DNA from: Zobellia roscoffensis
Lineage (GTDB): Bacteria > Bacteroidota > Bacteroidia > Flavobacteriales > Flavobacteriaceae
Reading direction: 5' to 3'
DNA length: 64,000 bases
NCBI RefSeq assembly: GCF_015330165.1
Contig: NZ_JADDXT010000002.1
Location: forward strand, 1,812,663-1,876,662
Positions 1 to 10,674 of the stretch are shown one piece after another; position 1 is the stretch's first letter; each line of letters begins with the position of its first letter. Under the pieces are notes generated by a model. The model saw only the letters and a list, made by a program, of their open reading frames with translations, did no database searches and was not told where the DNA came from. Position numbers and translations under genes: made by a program.

Positions 1-785
1 AAGGCTGCTTGTTCTGGGTCATCCTCAATGGCAGACTTACTTATGGAGCTTGGTATTTGAGCAAAGTAATCAATATGGTTCAATAAAAATGAAATTTTGT
101 TTTTAGGGTTGATTTGGTATGAGGTGTTAATTAGAATTCCATCGCGTTCAAACTTATTATTCTCCCGATACCCATCCGTTTCCATATGCCCATAACTAAC
201 TTTTAAGGAAAGTTTTGAATCTGAATGGGTGAACCTGAGATTGTTCTTTTTTAGCCCATAAGATCCCATGGTAAAATTGTTTTTAACTTTAGATGCTTCA
301 TTTGTATTCTCTGGGGAGCGTAAAATGATGGCGCCACCAAGTCCTGTGCCGTAGGCAGTTCCTTTGGGGCCTTTTATTACTTCTATGCCTTCTAGATTTT
401 CCAAGTCGTAAGCTTCAATAGTAGAAGTTCCTGTACCATTGGTCAGGGGAATCTCGTTATAGTAAAGATTAAGCTTGTCCGTTCCATATTGAGCGCGGGC
501 GCCAATACCTCTTATCGTAATTTTATTAGTGTTTAAGGCGCCTGATAGAACAAATACCCCCGGTATTTCATTAATAGCAGATACCATATCTACCGGGCTA
601 TAATTTTGAAAACTTTTTATGTCAACTATTGAAGAGGGTACAATGCCTGTAGCATGTTTTGATAGGATAGTGTCTGTTAGAATTACTTCTTCTAACATGG
701 TTATACTATCTTTTTGAGTTGGATTTTGGGCTTTTATGCTTTGCGCAAAAAAAATAGATAATAAAAGAAAAAAAATGGGTTTCAT
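1..785 (-). CDS. TonB-dependent outer-membrane receptor, N-terminal part. The gene continues past the window start. Signal peptide and plug domain are visible.
   Basis: Reverse-strand ATG at 785. Translation MKPIFFLLLSIFFAQSIKAQ... carries a TonB-box-like stretch (ITMLEEVILTD) and plug-domain motifs (IRGIGARAQYG, IEVIKGP). The open frame runs to position 1. Confidence 0.7.
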   Translation of the reverse strand, partial: MKPIFFLLLSIFFAQSIKAQNPTQKDSITMLEEVILTDTILSKHATGIVPSSIVDIKSFQNYSPVDMVSAINEIPGVFVLSGALNTNKITIRGIGARAQYGTDKLNLYYNEIPLTNGTGTSTIEAYDLENLEGIEVIKGPKGTAYGTGLGGAIILRSPENTNEASKVKNNFTMGSYGLKKNNLRFTHSDSKLSLKVSYGHMETDGYRENNKFERDGILINTSYQINPKNKISFLLNHIDYFAQIPSSISKSAIEDDPEQAA

Positions 786-872
786 TCGGGGCTTTGTTAG
801 AAGGTGGTAAAAATAACAAACTTCACGGGCTTCTTGCTTCACAATGCTTATTTTCGTAAAAAAGTAAAGATT

Positions 873-1640
873 GTGAAGGTAGTCTCATATAATGTAAATG
901 GCATCCGTGCCGCAATTAATAAGGGTTTTTTAGAGTGGTTACAAACGGTTGGTCCAGATGTAGTTTGTCTTCAGGAGATAAAGGCAATGGAAGAGCAGTT
1001 AGATCTAACTCTATTTGAGGAAGCGGGCTATAAATATAATTATTGGTTTAGCGCTCAAAAGAAAGGGTATAGTGGTACAGCTATTCTATCAAAAAAACAA
1101 CCGGATATCATTCAAAAAGGAACGGGAATTGATTATATGGATTTTGAAGGTCGAAATATCAGGGCAGATTTTGGCGATGTTTCAATCATGAGCATGTACT
1201 TGCCCTCGGGCACTAATTTAGCTCGGTTGGATCATAAGCTGATGTATATGGCGGATTTTCAAAAGTATGCTGACGACCTTAGAAAAACACGGCCTAACCT
1301 AATTGTTTTAGGGGATTACAACATTTGTCATGAAGCTATAGATATCCATGACCCCGTGCGTAATAAGAATGTTTCCGGGTTTTTACCTGTTGAACGTGAG
1401 TGGATAGGTGACTTTATGGAAAGCGGATTTATTGATAGCTTTCGTCATTTCAACAAAGAACCAGACAACTATACATGGTGGAGTTACCGAGCCAATGCCA
1501 GAAATAATAATAAGGGATGGCGTTTGGATTACGCTATGGTTGCAGAACCGCTAAGAGATAGGTTGAAAAGGTCAGTGATTTTGTCCGAAGCAAAACATAG
1601 TGATCATTGCCCTATTTTAGTTGAAATTGATACGCCTTAA
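873..1640 (+). CDS. xth: Exodeoxyribonuclease III (AP endonuclease, Xth/ExoIII family).
   Basis: Provided ORF 804..1640. The conserved N-terminus KVVSYNVNGIRA begins at the GTG at 873. LQE, DYNICHE and SDHCPI are ExoIII/APE1 catalytic motifs. The start may lie upstream (ORF opens at 804). Confidence 0.88.
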   Translation: MKVVSYNVNGIRAAINKGFLEWLQTVGPDVVCLQEIKAMEEQLDLTLFEEAGYKYNYWFSAQKKGYSGTAILSKKQPDIIQKGTGIDYMDFEGRNIRADFGDVSIMSMYLPSGTNLARLDHKLMYMADFQKYADDLRKTRPNLIVLGDYNICHEAIDIHDPVRNKNVSGFLPVEREWIGDFMESGFIDSFRHFNKEPDNYTWWSYRANARNNNKGWRLDYAMVAEPLRDRLKRSVILSEAKHSDHCPILVEIDTP

Positions 1641-1788
1641 CCTAGCGAATCAGTTTGTTTGATTCTTTATGAAATAAGCATTTGAGCGAATTTTAGAGAA
1701 CAATCGATAAGGGGTTTTTTGTAACCCTTCAAATTGCTTAAATTTGGGCTTTTTGAAAACAGTACCCCAAAAATACCCCAAAGAATAC

Positions 1789-2829
1789 ATGAAAAATACT
1801 ACCCTACCCTACACTGATATTGAAGTCAGTAAAATTTGCCTTGGTACAATGACCTGGGGCAAACAGAATACGGAAGCAGAAGGCCATGAGCAGATGGATT
1901 TTGCCCTTGAGAATGGTGTTAATTTTTTTGATACAGCAGAATTGTATCCTGTTCCTGCCCATCCAGACCGTCATTCAGACACAGAAAAGATTATTGGAAC
2001 TTGGTTCAAGAAAAACGGTAACCGTGATAAAGTTGTACTCGGAACTAAGATTGCCGGTAAGGCAGAGTTTACCAAGTTTATTAGAACTACAGGTTTTTCA
2101 CCGGATTCCATTCGTTCTGCTGTTGAGGGAAGTTTAGGTCGCCTTCAGACAGATTATATTGATCTATACCAATTGCATTGGCCAGAAAGAAATACTAATT
2201 ACTTTGGCAAAAGAGGGTATAAGCACGACATCTCTGATCATTGGAAAGATAACATTCACCAAGTCTTAGAAACCATGCGAGATTTAATTCGTGAAGGGAA
2301 GATTAGACATGTGGGTATATCTAATGAAACGCCATGGGGAACTATGCGTTTTCTAACGGAAAGTAAAGTGCATGCTAGCTTGCCCCGAGCAATAACAATT
2401 CAGAATCCATATAGTCTTTTGAACCGCCAATTTGAGGTTGGTCTTTCAGAAATTTCATTACGTGAAAAAATAGGTCTTCTGGCATATTCACCAATGGGTT
2501 TTGGAACTTTGTCCGGAAAATATTTAGGAGGTATGAAGCCTGCAACTGGTAGAATTACTCTATTTCCTAATTACAGTAGGTATAGTAGTGACGCAGCTGT
2601 TAACGCAACCGAACAATATCATGATTTAGCCCAGAAACATGGGCTTTCTATGGCGCAAATGGCCCTCGCTTTTGTGAATACTAGACCGTTTGTAACCAGT
2701 ACTATTATTGGAGCTACTTCAATGAAACAATTGCAGGAAAATATTGAAAGTGTAGATTTAAAATTAAGTGAAGAAGTGCTTGAGGGTATTGAGGCAATAC
2801 ACAATTCTATTCCTAATCCTGCGCCATAA
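1789..2829 (+). CDS. NADP(H)-dependent aldo/keto reductase, Tas-like.
   Basis: ORF 1744..2829. The in-frame ATG at 1789 gives MKNTTLPYTDIEVSKICLGTMTWG, the AKR signature, and the fold is typical of Tas/YajO AKRs. Confidence 0.85.
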   Translation: MKNTTLPYTDIEVSKICLGTMTWGKQNTEAEGHEQMDFALENGVNFFDTAELYPVPAHPDRHSDTEKIIGTWFKKNGNRDKVVLGTKIAGKAEFTKFIRTTGFSPDSIRSAVEGSLGRLQTDYIDLYQLHWPERNTNYFGKRGYKHDISDHWKDNIHQVLETMRDLIREGKIRHVGISNETPWGTMRFLTESKVHASLPRAITIQNPYSLLNRQFEVGLSEISLREKIGLLAYSPMGFGTLSGKYLGGMKPATGRITLFPNYSRYSSDAAVNATEQYHDLAQKHGLSMAQMALAFVNTRPFVTSTIIGATSMKQLQENIESVDLKLSEEVLEGIEAIHNSIPNPAP

Positions 2830-2951
2830 ACGTAAACAGACACTATGTTCTTTTTAAAAGTAGGCTTTGGTCAATTAGTAGTAATAGTGGCAGTAATCTT
2901 GATTATTATGGTTACTGCCCGTATTCTACGTGATAAGAGATAAGAATTGGT

Positions 2952-4313
2952 TTAGCCAAAAAGGGTACTAACCATATCTTCTATTTTTGCAACAAGGTGG
3001 ACTTCTATTTTCGAGTTTTTTAAAGTGATTTTATTATTCTTAGAAACATAGATAGAGGTGAAGCCTAGCTTTTCAGCTTCGGAAATTCTTTGATCTACTC
3101 GTTGTACAGGACGTATCTCACCAGCCAGACCTACTTCAGCGGCAAAACAGACACCTTTTTCTATAGGAATATCTTCGTTGCTAGATAATATAGCGGCAAT
3201 TACGGCAAGGTCAATGGCGGGATCATCCACAGAAATACCTCCGGTGATATTCAGGAATACATCTTTGGCCCCTAGTTTAAAACCTGCTCGTTTTTCAAGT
3301 ACGGCCAATAGCATATTGAGTCGTTTGGCATTGTAGCCTGTGGTGGAGCGTTGCGGAGTTCCATAAACGGCCGTGCTGACCAAAGCTTGTATTTCTATCA
3401 TTAATGGCCGCATACCTTCTACGGTAGATGCTATGGCCGTTCCGCTTAATCCTTCATCGTTCTTGGAAATTAATATTTCAGAAGGATTGTTCACTTGTCG
3501 CAATCCACTACCTTGCATTTCATAGATTCCAAGTTCTGCCGTTGAGCCAAATCTATTTTTTAGAGAACGTAGAATACGATACACATAGTTTCGGTCACCT
3601 TCAAACTGCAAAACCGTATCAACCATATGTTCCAATATTTTTGGTCCGGCTATGGAACCATCTTTGGTAATATGGCCAATTAGAATAACAGGTGTATTTG
3701 TTTCTTTGGCAAATTTGATAAGTTCTGCGGTGCATTCTCGAATTTGAGAAATACTCCCGGCAGCAGATTCTATATAATCCGAATGTAATGTTTGAATTGA
3801 ATCGATAACAACAATATCTGGTTCTGTAGATTCTATTTGTTTAAAGATATTCTGTGTCTTGGTTTCTGTAAGGATAAAGCAAGTTTCGCTATTCGGATGA
3901 ATTCTATCCGCCCGCATTTTAATCTGCTTTTGACTCTCTTCCCCTGAAACGTATAGGGTTTTATATGGAAGTTTTAAGGCAATCTGTAAGAGCAAAGTAC
4001 TCTTGCCTACACCAGGCTCTCCTCCAAGAAGTACTAATGCGCCAGGTACAAGCCCGCCACCAAGAACTCGGTTAAATTCCAAATCAAAAGTATTTAATCT
4101 TAGCTCTTTATCCGTGCTGATTTCATTAACACGTAAGGGCTTCGCTATTTTTTTTAGGGGAGTTGTACTGGCCTTCCAGCTTGTTTTTTCTTCCTTTTGA
4201 ACAACCTCTTCAACTACAGTGTTCCATTCTTTACAAGCGGAACATTGCCCTACCCATTTGGCGTATTGAGTACCACAGTTTTGGCAGAAAAAAGCTGTTT
4301 TTGTTTTGGCCAT
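2952..4313 (-). CDS. radA: DNA repair protein RadA/Sms.
   Basis: N-terminal C4 zinc finger (CQNCGTQYAKWVGQCSACKEWNT), Walker A GEPGVGKST, a KNRFG motif and a Lon-like C-terminal domain. Confidence 0.95.
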   Translation of the reverse strand: MAKTKTAFFCQNCGTQYAKWVGQCSACKEWNTVVEEVVQKEEKTSWKASTTPLKKIAKPLRVNEISTDKELRLNTFDLEFNRVLGGGLVPGALVLLGGEPGVGKSTLLLQIALKLPYKTLYVSGEESQKQIKMRADRIHPNSETCFILTETKTQNIFKQIESTEPDIVVIDSIQTLHSDYIESAAGSISQIRECTAELIKFAKETNTPVILIGHITKDGSIAGPKILEHMVDTVLQFEGDRNYVYRILRSLKNRFGSTAELGIYEMQGSGLRQVNNPSEILISKNDEGLSGTAIASTVEGMRPLMIEIQALVSTAVYGTPQRSTTGYNAKRLNMLLAVLEKRAGFKLGAKDVFLNITGGISVDDPAIDLAVIAAILSSNEDIPIEKGVCFAAEVGLAGEIRPVQRVDQRISEAEKLGFTSIYVSKNNKITLKNSKIEVHLVAKIEDMVSTLFG

Positions 4314-4382
4314 ATCTTAGTTTGAAGATTGGCCTAAAGGTAGAAACTTTGTTTGATATTTATGAGTATGAAGTGAGGTGAT

Positions 4383-5525
4383 TTAATATCCAAAATCAGC
4401 TTTCAGAGCATCAATTTTCTCTAGGGCCATTTCTTTGGTCAAGAAATCTATTTCATCCATGGCGAAAGCTTTTTCAAAGGTTTTGAACGCTTTCTTAGGT
4501 TCGCCTAATTGCTCATAGTATTCGCCTTCAAAATAAAAGCCCATCATAGTTTCAGGGAATTCCTTTTTACAAAGGTCTGAAAGCGGTTTTAAAGACTCGG
4601 TATCTTCTTTTTTTCGGCATGCAGCATAAACGGCCATGATATCGTTAAGGTCAACCGTTTTTTTAAATCCGAATAAATCTTCAATACTCTGGTATTTGTT
4701 TTCTAAGTACTGAAAAACAGGATCTTCTGAAGTTAGTATTTGTTCTTTATATTCTTTTGGGCTAATGGGTTTGAACATACCAAAAATGTTATCAAAAGCT
4801 TTTCCTAAACCGTAAGTGGCTATTGAAATATGGTCAGCACCATCATATTGTTCGAAGTTATAATGAAGTGATTCTTTGTCAATAGCTTTAATAGCTTGGT
4901 TCATTTGAAGAATTCGAGGTGTGTCTTTGTTTTTTTCGGCCTCAACAATCAATTGGTAAAAAATTTGCTTGTCAAAAGCTGCTAAACGAGCCGGTACTCT
5001 AGTTTCCATCTCTGGAGCTAAAGTAGGAGAGATATTTACATACGCATTGAATAGTGAATTTTCTTTAAAAAGCCAGTAGTTGCTGAAGTTGGCTGTTATG
5101 TCATAACCAACAATCATTTTAAATGGCGCAGTGCTATAGTTAAGGTCAAGGTAGGGTATGATTTCCATTCCTAGAAATTCAAAAAACTTTTTTGCCTTTT
5201 CAGAAGGAAGTCCAGAGTCTGGTTCAAAAGCGCAATCGTCAAGACGAATACTTTTTTTACTTTGTTCTACACCAACCACAATACTAGCGGGCATACCATG
5301 AAACTTATGGTAAAATTTAGCGTTGGCCACAACTTGATCAAAGAGATATTCTCCGTCTAGGACAACAATTAGAGGGTACTTTTTTTCTTTGTCGTAATCT
5401 TCTGGGAAATAATATTTTACATCGCGTCGCTCTTGTAGTTTGAACGATTCAAAAATTTCTTGTGTGACTTGTGCGTTAAGACTAGCGCATAGTAGGCATG
5501 CAAAAAAAGTAAGTTTGCGTAACAT
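4383..5525 (-). CDS. Secreted alpha/beta-hydrolase (putative esterase family) with a C-terminal TPR-like tail.
   Basis: Signal peptide MLRKLTFFACLLCASLNAQ. The YPLIVVLDGEYLF motif is typical of PF00756-type esterases. The C-terminus resembles helical repeats. Confidence 0.5.
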   Translation of the reverse strand: MLRKLTFFACLLCASLNAQVTQEIFESFKLQERRDVKYYFPEDYDKEKKYPLIVVLDGEYLFDQVVANAKFYHKFHGMPASIVVGVEQSKKSIRLDDCAFEPDSGLPSEKAKKFFEFLGMEIIPYLDLNYSTAPFKMIVGYDITANFSNYWLFKENSLFNAYVNISPTLAPEMETRVPARLAAFDKQIFYQLIVEAEKNKDTPRILQMNQAIKAIDKESLHYNFEQYDGADHISIATYGLGKAFDNIFGMFKPISPKEYKEQILTSEDPVFQYLENKYQSIEDLFGFKKTVDLNDIMAVYAACRKKEDTESLKPLSDLCKKEFPETMMGFYFEGEYYEQLGEPKKAFKTFEKAFAMDEIDFLTKEMALEKIDALKADFGY

Positions 5526-5552
5526 GGTTCAGTTTTTGGGTGCAACAAAACC

Positions 5553-6518
5553 TTATCGGTTTCTGTTGAATAACGGTAATACCAGAAAAGATATTGCCCC
5601 AAAAACGACTATCATTAGAGTTTGTGCAATCCACATAATCCACCCAAATGCATCACCCGAGACAGCACTAATCCCAAAAATGGTTAACGCACTACTTACG
5701 GCAATAGGGTAGAGACCAATACCGCCATTGGTGGCAGTCATGGCAAAAGACCCTGCCACAAAGGCAACCATCAATTCGCTTAAGGAAAGACTAATGGTTT
5801 CGGGAACCGTGAATTTAATAACCCAAAGCATACCAATATAACAGCCCCAAATGAAAAGAGTATGCAGAACAAATGCCCATTTTTTTTTCATTTTAAAGAT
5901 GCTAAAAACACCTTCCATAAGGCCTTTAACAAAACCTTTGATTTTAACGGCAATAGCGTGAGATGATTTTTTAATAAAGAAGAAAAAGAAGACCAACCCA
6001 ATAATTCCTGCCCCCATTAATAATAATAGACCTTTAATATTGAATCCTTTATCTTGTAAAAAACCTAAAATACTGTCTGTTTGAAGTATTAAGGTGACCC
6101 CAATTAATAAAAGTAGCATGATTACGTCAATAACACGTTCCGTTACAATGGTTCCAAATCCTTTTTCAAAGGGCACGTCTTCGTAACTGGTAAGCGCCGT
6201 AGCTCTTAATATTTCACCTGTTCTAGGAATACCCAGGTTTGCGAAATAGGCCATTAAAAGAATGAATACATTATTAATGATCTTGGGCTTGTAACCTAAG
6301 GGTTCTAGCAGGAAATTCCAGCGCACGGCTCGTGAGATATGCCCGAGCATGCCTAATAAAATAGATAGGCCTACCCAAAGAAGGTTTGCTTCCTTTATGT
6401 AAAATAATATTTGCTCTCTGTCTTCTGGCGAGGTCTTGTGGTAGGAGTACCAAACTAAAAAAACTCCCAAGACTATTGGGAGTGCTGTTTTTAGTATCTT
6501 TTTAATGTTATCGTTCAA
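5553..6518 (-). CDS. Integral membrane protein of the lysylphosphatidylglycerol-synthase-TM / flippase-like family.
   Basis: Eight predicted TM helices. The conserved RAVRWNFLLEPLG and ANLGIPRTGEILRA motifs are characteristic of the LPG_synthase_TM (UPF0104) family. Confidence 0.6.
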   Translation of the reverse strand: MNDNIKKILKTALPIVLGVFLVWYSYHKTSPEDREQILFYIKEANLLWVGLSILLGMLGHISRAVRWNFLLEPLGYKPKIINNVFILLMAYFANLGIPRTGEILRATALTSYEDVPFEKGFGTIVTERVIDVIMLLLLIGVTLILQTDSILGFLQDKGFNIKGLLLLMGAGIIGLVFFFFFIKKSSHAIAVKIKGFVKGLMEGVFSIFKMKKKWAFVLHTLFIWGCYIGMLWVIKFTVPETISLSLSELMVAFVAGSFAMTATNGGIGLYPIAVSSALTIFGISAVSGDAFGWIMWIAQTLMIVVFGAISFLVLPLFNRNR

Positions 6519-6520
6519 GG

Positions 6521-6871
6521 CTATGTTAGCAAATTGGTTTGCTCATTAGGAAATACTAACGAAGGGTTGAATGTTTTAGCTTCTTCAATATCCATTCTGC
6601 CATAAGTAATCAAAATAAGGATATCGCCTACGGCTACTTTTCTGGCTGCTGCACCATTTAAAGTAATTTCACCACTATTTCTTGGTCCTGGAATGGCATA
6701 GGTTTCTAACCGTTCACCATTATTGTTATTTACAATTTGTACTTTTTCGCCTCTTATAATATTGGCTGCATCCATTAAATCTTCATCAATGGTTATACTG
6801 CCAATATAATTTAAATCGGCTCCAGTGACTTTTACACGGTGAATCTTGGACTTTACAACTTCTATTTGCAT
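6521..6871 (-). CDS. panD: Aspartate 1-decarboxylase.
   Basis: [38 protein letters not shown]... is a classic PanD with the GS processing site. Confidence 0.92.
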   Translation of the reverse strand: MQIEVVKSKIHRVKVTGADLNYIGSITIDEDLMDAANIIRGEKVQIVNNNNGERLETYAIPGPRNSGEITLNGAAARKVAVGDILILITYGRMDIEEAKTFNPSLVFPNEQTNLLT

Positions 6872-6888
6872 GTGACAAAGGTAATTAA

Positions 6889-7731
6889 TTATAGAGCAAT
6901 ATTGTCTATTAGTCTAACGCCATCGGCATAAACGGCAATAAAGGCTCTATATTTTATGTTTTCTTTTTTTGTTGTGATTGGGCTTAGTGTTTCTACATCG
7001 GCTATTTCAATGTATTCCAATTCCAATTTTTCTTGTTCTTTAAATTGTCCTTTAACCCAATCTATTACATAATTAGCACTTTTCATGCCAAATTTTTCTT
7101 TGGCAGTGAGCAATGTATCATATATGAACGCACCTTTTTGTCGTAGTTCAGGAGATAATCTTTCATTCCGGGAACTCATAGCTAGGCCATGGGGTTCCCT
7201 TACAATTGGGCAGCCAACTATTTCAACAGGAATTTGCTGTTGTTTCACAAGTTTCCTTATAATTTGTAGTTGTTGAAAATCTTTTTCGCCAAAATAGGCG
7301 CGATTAGGCTTTACAAGTAAAAGTAGGGCTTCAACAATAGTGCCTACACCATTAAAATGGTCATCTCTAAAGGCACCTTCCATAACAGTATCTAAGCCTT
7401 CAAAATCATACTTTTTGGCTTTTATTTTTTTGTCATAAACTTCGTCTGCTGAGGGTGAAAAAACAAGAATATCTTCCGAAACGCTGGAAAGTAATTCCAA
7501 ATCGGCATCGAAAGTGTGCGGATATTTTGCAAGATCCTCCTTATTGTCAAACTGTGTAGGGTTTACAAAAATACTGACTACTACAGTTTGATTTTCATTA
7601 ACTGCCTTTTGAACTAGCGAGACATGTCCTGTGTGGAGTGCTCCCATAGTAGGTACAAGCCCTAATTCATTAGTTTTTGGCAGTATAGAAATATGGTCTA
7701 AGAGTTCTTTTTTAGTTTTGAATACCAACAT
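6889..7731 (-). CDS. panC: Pantoate--beta-alanine ligase.
   Basis: [10 protein letters not shown] (HIGH-type motif) and PanC-family length. It lies immediately upstream of panD as an operon. Confidence 0.95.
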   Translation of the reverse strand: MLVFKTKKELLDHISILPKTNELGLVPTMGALHTGHVSLVQKAVNENQTVVVSIFVNPTQFDNKEDLAKYPHTFDADLELLSSVSEDILVFSPSADEVYDKKIKAKKYDFEGLDTVMEGAFRDDHFNGVGTIVEALLLLVKPNRAYFGEKDFQQLQIIRKLVKQQQIPVEIVGCPIVREPHGLAMSSRNERLSPELRQKGAFIYDTLLTAKEKFGMKSANYVIDWVKGQFKEQEKLELEYIEIADVETLSPITTKKENIKYRAFIAVYADGVRLIDNIAL

Positions 7732-7837
7732 AGGTTTGGTTTAAAAGCGAGCAAACTTACTATAATTACTGCTAATCTGTAGAATTTTTGTAATTTTGCA
7801 GCCACGTTGTACCAAATAAATAATAAACATTGCATAT

Positions 7838-8647
7838 ATGAATGGCAAAAAGATATTGTTCGTATCGTCGGAGTTAGTACCCTATCTTCCACAGAACGAA
7901 GTTTCCCTAATGTCTTATGAAACTCCTAGGATGGTTAACAGCAATGGCGGCCAAATACGGATTTTTATGCCAAGATACGGCAATATAAACGAGCGTAGAC
8001 ATCAGCTTCATGAGGTTATTCGTTTATCGGGGATGAATTTGGTTATTAATGATATGGATATGCCATTGATAATCAAAGTTGCGTCTATACCTCGAGAGCG
8101 TATTCAAGTCTATTTCATAGATAATGACGAATACTTTAAACGAAAGGCTACGTTTGCAGATGCTGAGGGTAATTTATTTCCGGACAATGACCAGAGGGCA
8201 ATTTTCTTTGCTAAAGGGGTTGTTGAAACGGTTAAAAAATTAAACTGGTCGCCAGATATAATTCACGTTCATGGATGGATGGCTTCTTTGTTACCTTTGT
8301 ATCTGAAGAAGTATTATGCAGACGAACCATTGTTTGATGCCAGTAAAATTGTCACTTCAGTTTACGGTAAGTCTTTTGATGGTGAGCTTGATTCTGATAT
8401 GATTAAGAAAGTAGCTTTTGATGGTATATCTGAAGATAGTATTGAGGCGTTAAAAACTCCTACCTATAATAATTTGTTAAAGATAGCCGTAGATCATTCT
8501 GATGCCGTTATTTTAGCAGCGGAAGAAATTCCAGAAGATTTACAAAGTCATATTTCCAACCTTGAAAAACCTGTGTTGCCATATGTTTCCTTACAAGAAT
8601 TTGAGGAGGCGTATGCCAATTTTTATAACACTGAAGTTTTAAAATAG
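7838..8647 (+). CDS. Short glycogen/starch-synthase-like protein. It has only a GT5 N-terminal catalytic-domain homologue and lacks the C-terminal GT1 half.
   Basis: KILFVSSELVPY and HVHGWMASLLPLYLKK resemble the GlgA N-domain (KIL..SSE..P, HxHDW). It is only 269 aa. Confidence 0.6.
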   Translation: MNGKKILFVSSELVPYLPQNEVSLMSYETPRMVNSNGGQIRIFMPRYGNINERRHQLHEVIRLSGMNLVINDMDMPLIIKVASIPRERIQVYFIDNDEYFKRKATFADAEGNLFPDNDQRAIFFAKGVVETVKKLNWSPDIIHVHGWMASLLPLYLKKYYADEPLFDASKIVTSVYGKSFDGELDSDMIKKVAFDGISEDSIEALKTPTYNNLLKIAVDHSDAVILAAEEIPEDLQSHISNLEKPVLPYVSLQEFEEAYANFYNTEVLK

Positions 8648-8652
8648 CCCAA

Positions 8653-10485
8653 ATGATTTTTTTGAACAGATTAAAGCTCCCTGCTCTTGCAGTAATAGTA
8701 TTGGTCACCATCTTTGCATCTTGCGAGGAAGACTTAACAACCGTAGGATCTGGTGTAGTTGGGGGTGAACCGTTCAAAAATAACAAAGCGGTTTTTGACG
8801 TTTTTGCCTATAACAGGAAGATAAAAGCGGTGTCTACCAATAAGTTACCAATTTATCAATTGGGGGTATATGATGACCCACTTTACGGGAAAACAGAGGC
8901 GCAGGTAACTACCCAGGTTTTACTTCCTAGTGGCGACCCTACTTTTGGGGTGACTACTCAGGAGAATGAAGATAATCCTTCTAGTGCAACTCAGATTCTA
9001 GAAAATGAAACTATAGATTCAGTTTACCTTTATATTCCATTTTTGACTAATCCTACTGGTGATGCAGATTTAGATGGACTTATTGATGAGTTGGATGATT
9101 TACCTTTAGATCCCAACAGTGATACTGATGGTGGAGGTTTGACGGATAGTCAGGAAAATTCAAGAGGCTCTAATCCTCTTGATGCGTCCGATGATACGGA
9201 TGATACGAATTTTGTAGCGAATCAATTTGCTAAAACATTTGATCTTGATAGTATTTATGTTGATGGTAGTTTGTATAGTGAAAATAGTGCTAATCCGGTT
9301 TTTAATTTAAAAGTTCAAAGGTCAACGTATTTTTTACGAGATTTAGATCCTTCTGTTAATTTTCAAGAAGCTCAAGAGTACTATTCTTCTCAAGAATTTG
9401 CGCCAGCGTTTGTAGATGAGGTTGTCTATGATAGTGAGGCGAGTGCAGAGCCAATTGTCATAAGCAGAGACCAGATTCCTTTACGTAATGTTGATGATGA
9501 ATCAACAGAAGATGTTGATGAGTCCAGTCAATTTAGTTACCTCGCTCCAGGTATTCGTGTAGCGTTGGATAAAGATTTTTTTCAAGAAAATATTTTGGAT
9601 AAAGAAGGCTCTACGGAGCTTGAAAGTCAGGCAAATTTTAAGGAGTTTTTACGTGGTTTGCATTTTTCGGTATCTTCAGGAGGTAATGATGTCATGTTTT
9701 TGTTTAATCTAAAACTTGCGAATATTACGGTATCATATACGTATGACACGGCAGATAGTGAAGGTGTGGTTACTGAAAAAGGAGGGCAAAAAGATTTGGT
9801 TCTTAATTTTTTAAGAGATTCTTTTAGTTCAACAACTGGTCAACTTCTTTCTACGGACGGTAATGCTGTTAATACATTTGTAAACGAGGTTTATCCTCCT
9901 GAAATAACAGATAATTTAGATACTGGTGAAAATGCATCAGAGATATATTTAAAGGGAGGAGCGGGCACTTTTGCTGAAATTAAATTGTTTGACGAAGTGA
10001 ACAGTCTAGAAGCTATTAATCAGATAAAATCAAATAATTGGATTATCAACAATGCCAATCTTGTATTTTATGTTGCCAATGGAAATTTAGGTGTTGAGCC
10101 GGAACGACTTTATTTATATAATTCTGAGACCAACGCAATATTGCCTTTGTCCGCTACCGATACAGACGGTCTTTCCGAGGAGTATGGAGGGATTATCGAA
10201 ACTTCTAGTGATGGTAAGGGAGTGAAGTACACGATTAACGTAACTACGTATATAAATAATTTGGTCTTGAACGATGCTGATAATGTGACCTTAGGTCTTA
10301 CCACTACTCCTAGTTTGTTTTTGGCTACTGTTGCAAATGCTATGTTGGAGAATGGAGAAGAACAGGAGTTGCCGCTTGCAAATACACTGTCGCCATTGGG
10401 TACGTCACTGTATGGTAGTGCAGTAGATGCGGCTAATGCGGATAAAAAGTTACAGCTTGAAATTTTCTATACCGAAACCAACTAA
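8653..10485 (+). CDS. DUF4270-like surface lipoprotein with thrombospondin-type-3-like Ca-binding Asp-rich repeats.
   Basis: Lipoprotein signal ending in ...IFASC. Asp-rich stretch DADLDGLIDELDDLPLDPNSDTDGGGLTDSQENSRGSNPLDASDDTDDT. The gene arrangement (after panC and the short GT5 gene) is typical of Flavobacteriia. Confidence 0.45.
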   Translation: MIFLNRLKLPALAVIVLVTIFASCEEDLTTVGSGVVGGEPFKNNKAVFDVFAYNRKIKAVSTNKLPIYQLGVYDDPLYGKTEAQVTTQVLLPSGDPTFGVTTQENEDNPSSATQILENETIDSVYLYIPFLTNPTGDADLDGLIDELDDLPLDPNSDTDGGGLTDSQENSRGSNPLDASDDTDDTNFVANQFAKTFDLDSIYVDGSLYSENSANPVFNLKVQRSTYFLRDLDPSVNFQEAQEYYSSQEFAPAFVDEVVYDSEASAEPIVISRDQIPLRNVDDESTEDVDESSQFSYLAPGIRVALDKDFFQENILDKEGSTELESQANFKEFLRGLHFSVSSGGNDVMFLFNLKLANITVSYTYDTADSEGVVTEKGGQKDLVLNFLRDSFSSTTGQLLSTDGNAVNTFVNEVYPPEITDNLDTGENASEIYLKGGAGTFAEIKLFDEVNSLEAINQIKSNNWIINNANLVFYVANGNLGVEPERLYLYNSETNAILPLSATDTDGLSEEYGGIIETSSDGKGVKYTINVTTYINNLVLNDADNVTLGLTTTPSLFLATVANAMLENGEEQELPLANTLSPLGTSLYGSAVDAANADKKLQLEIFYTETN

Positions 10486-10674
10486 TTTTTATACAAAACA
10501 ACTACTCTAATCTTATTTTGCGTGAAGTTATACTTGTAGATGGTGAGATTTGCCTTACTATACCAATTAACGATGTTTTTCGTTTTATAGGTGTATTTTA
10601 GGGAGATTTAACTAGCTTCTAGTACATTTGCGCTAAAGTATTTATTTTCCCCAACTTAAATTAACGTATACAGT

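Noticed and set aside
1886-2137. 83 aa ORF nested inside the aldo-keto reductase.
   Set aside because: Alternative frame of a well-supported AKR gene, with no independent signals.
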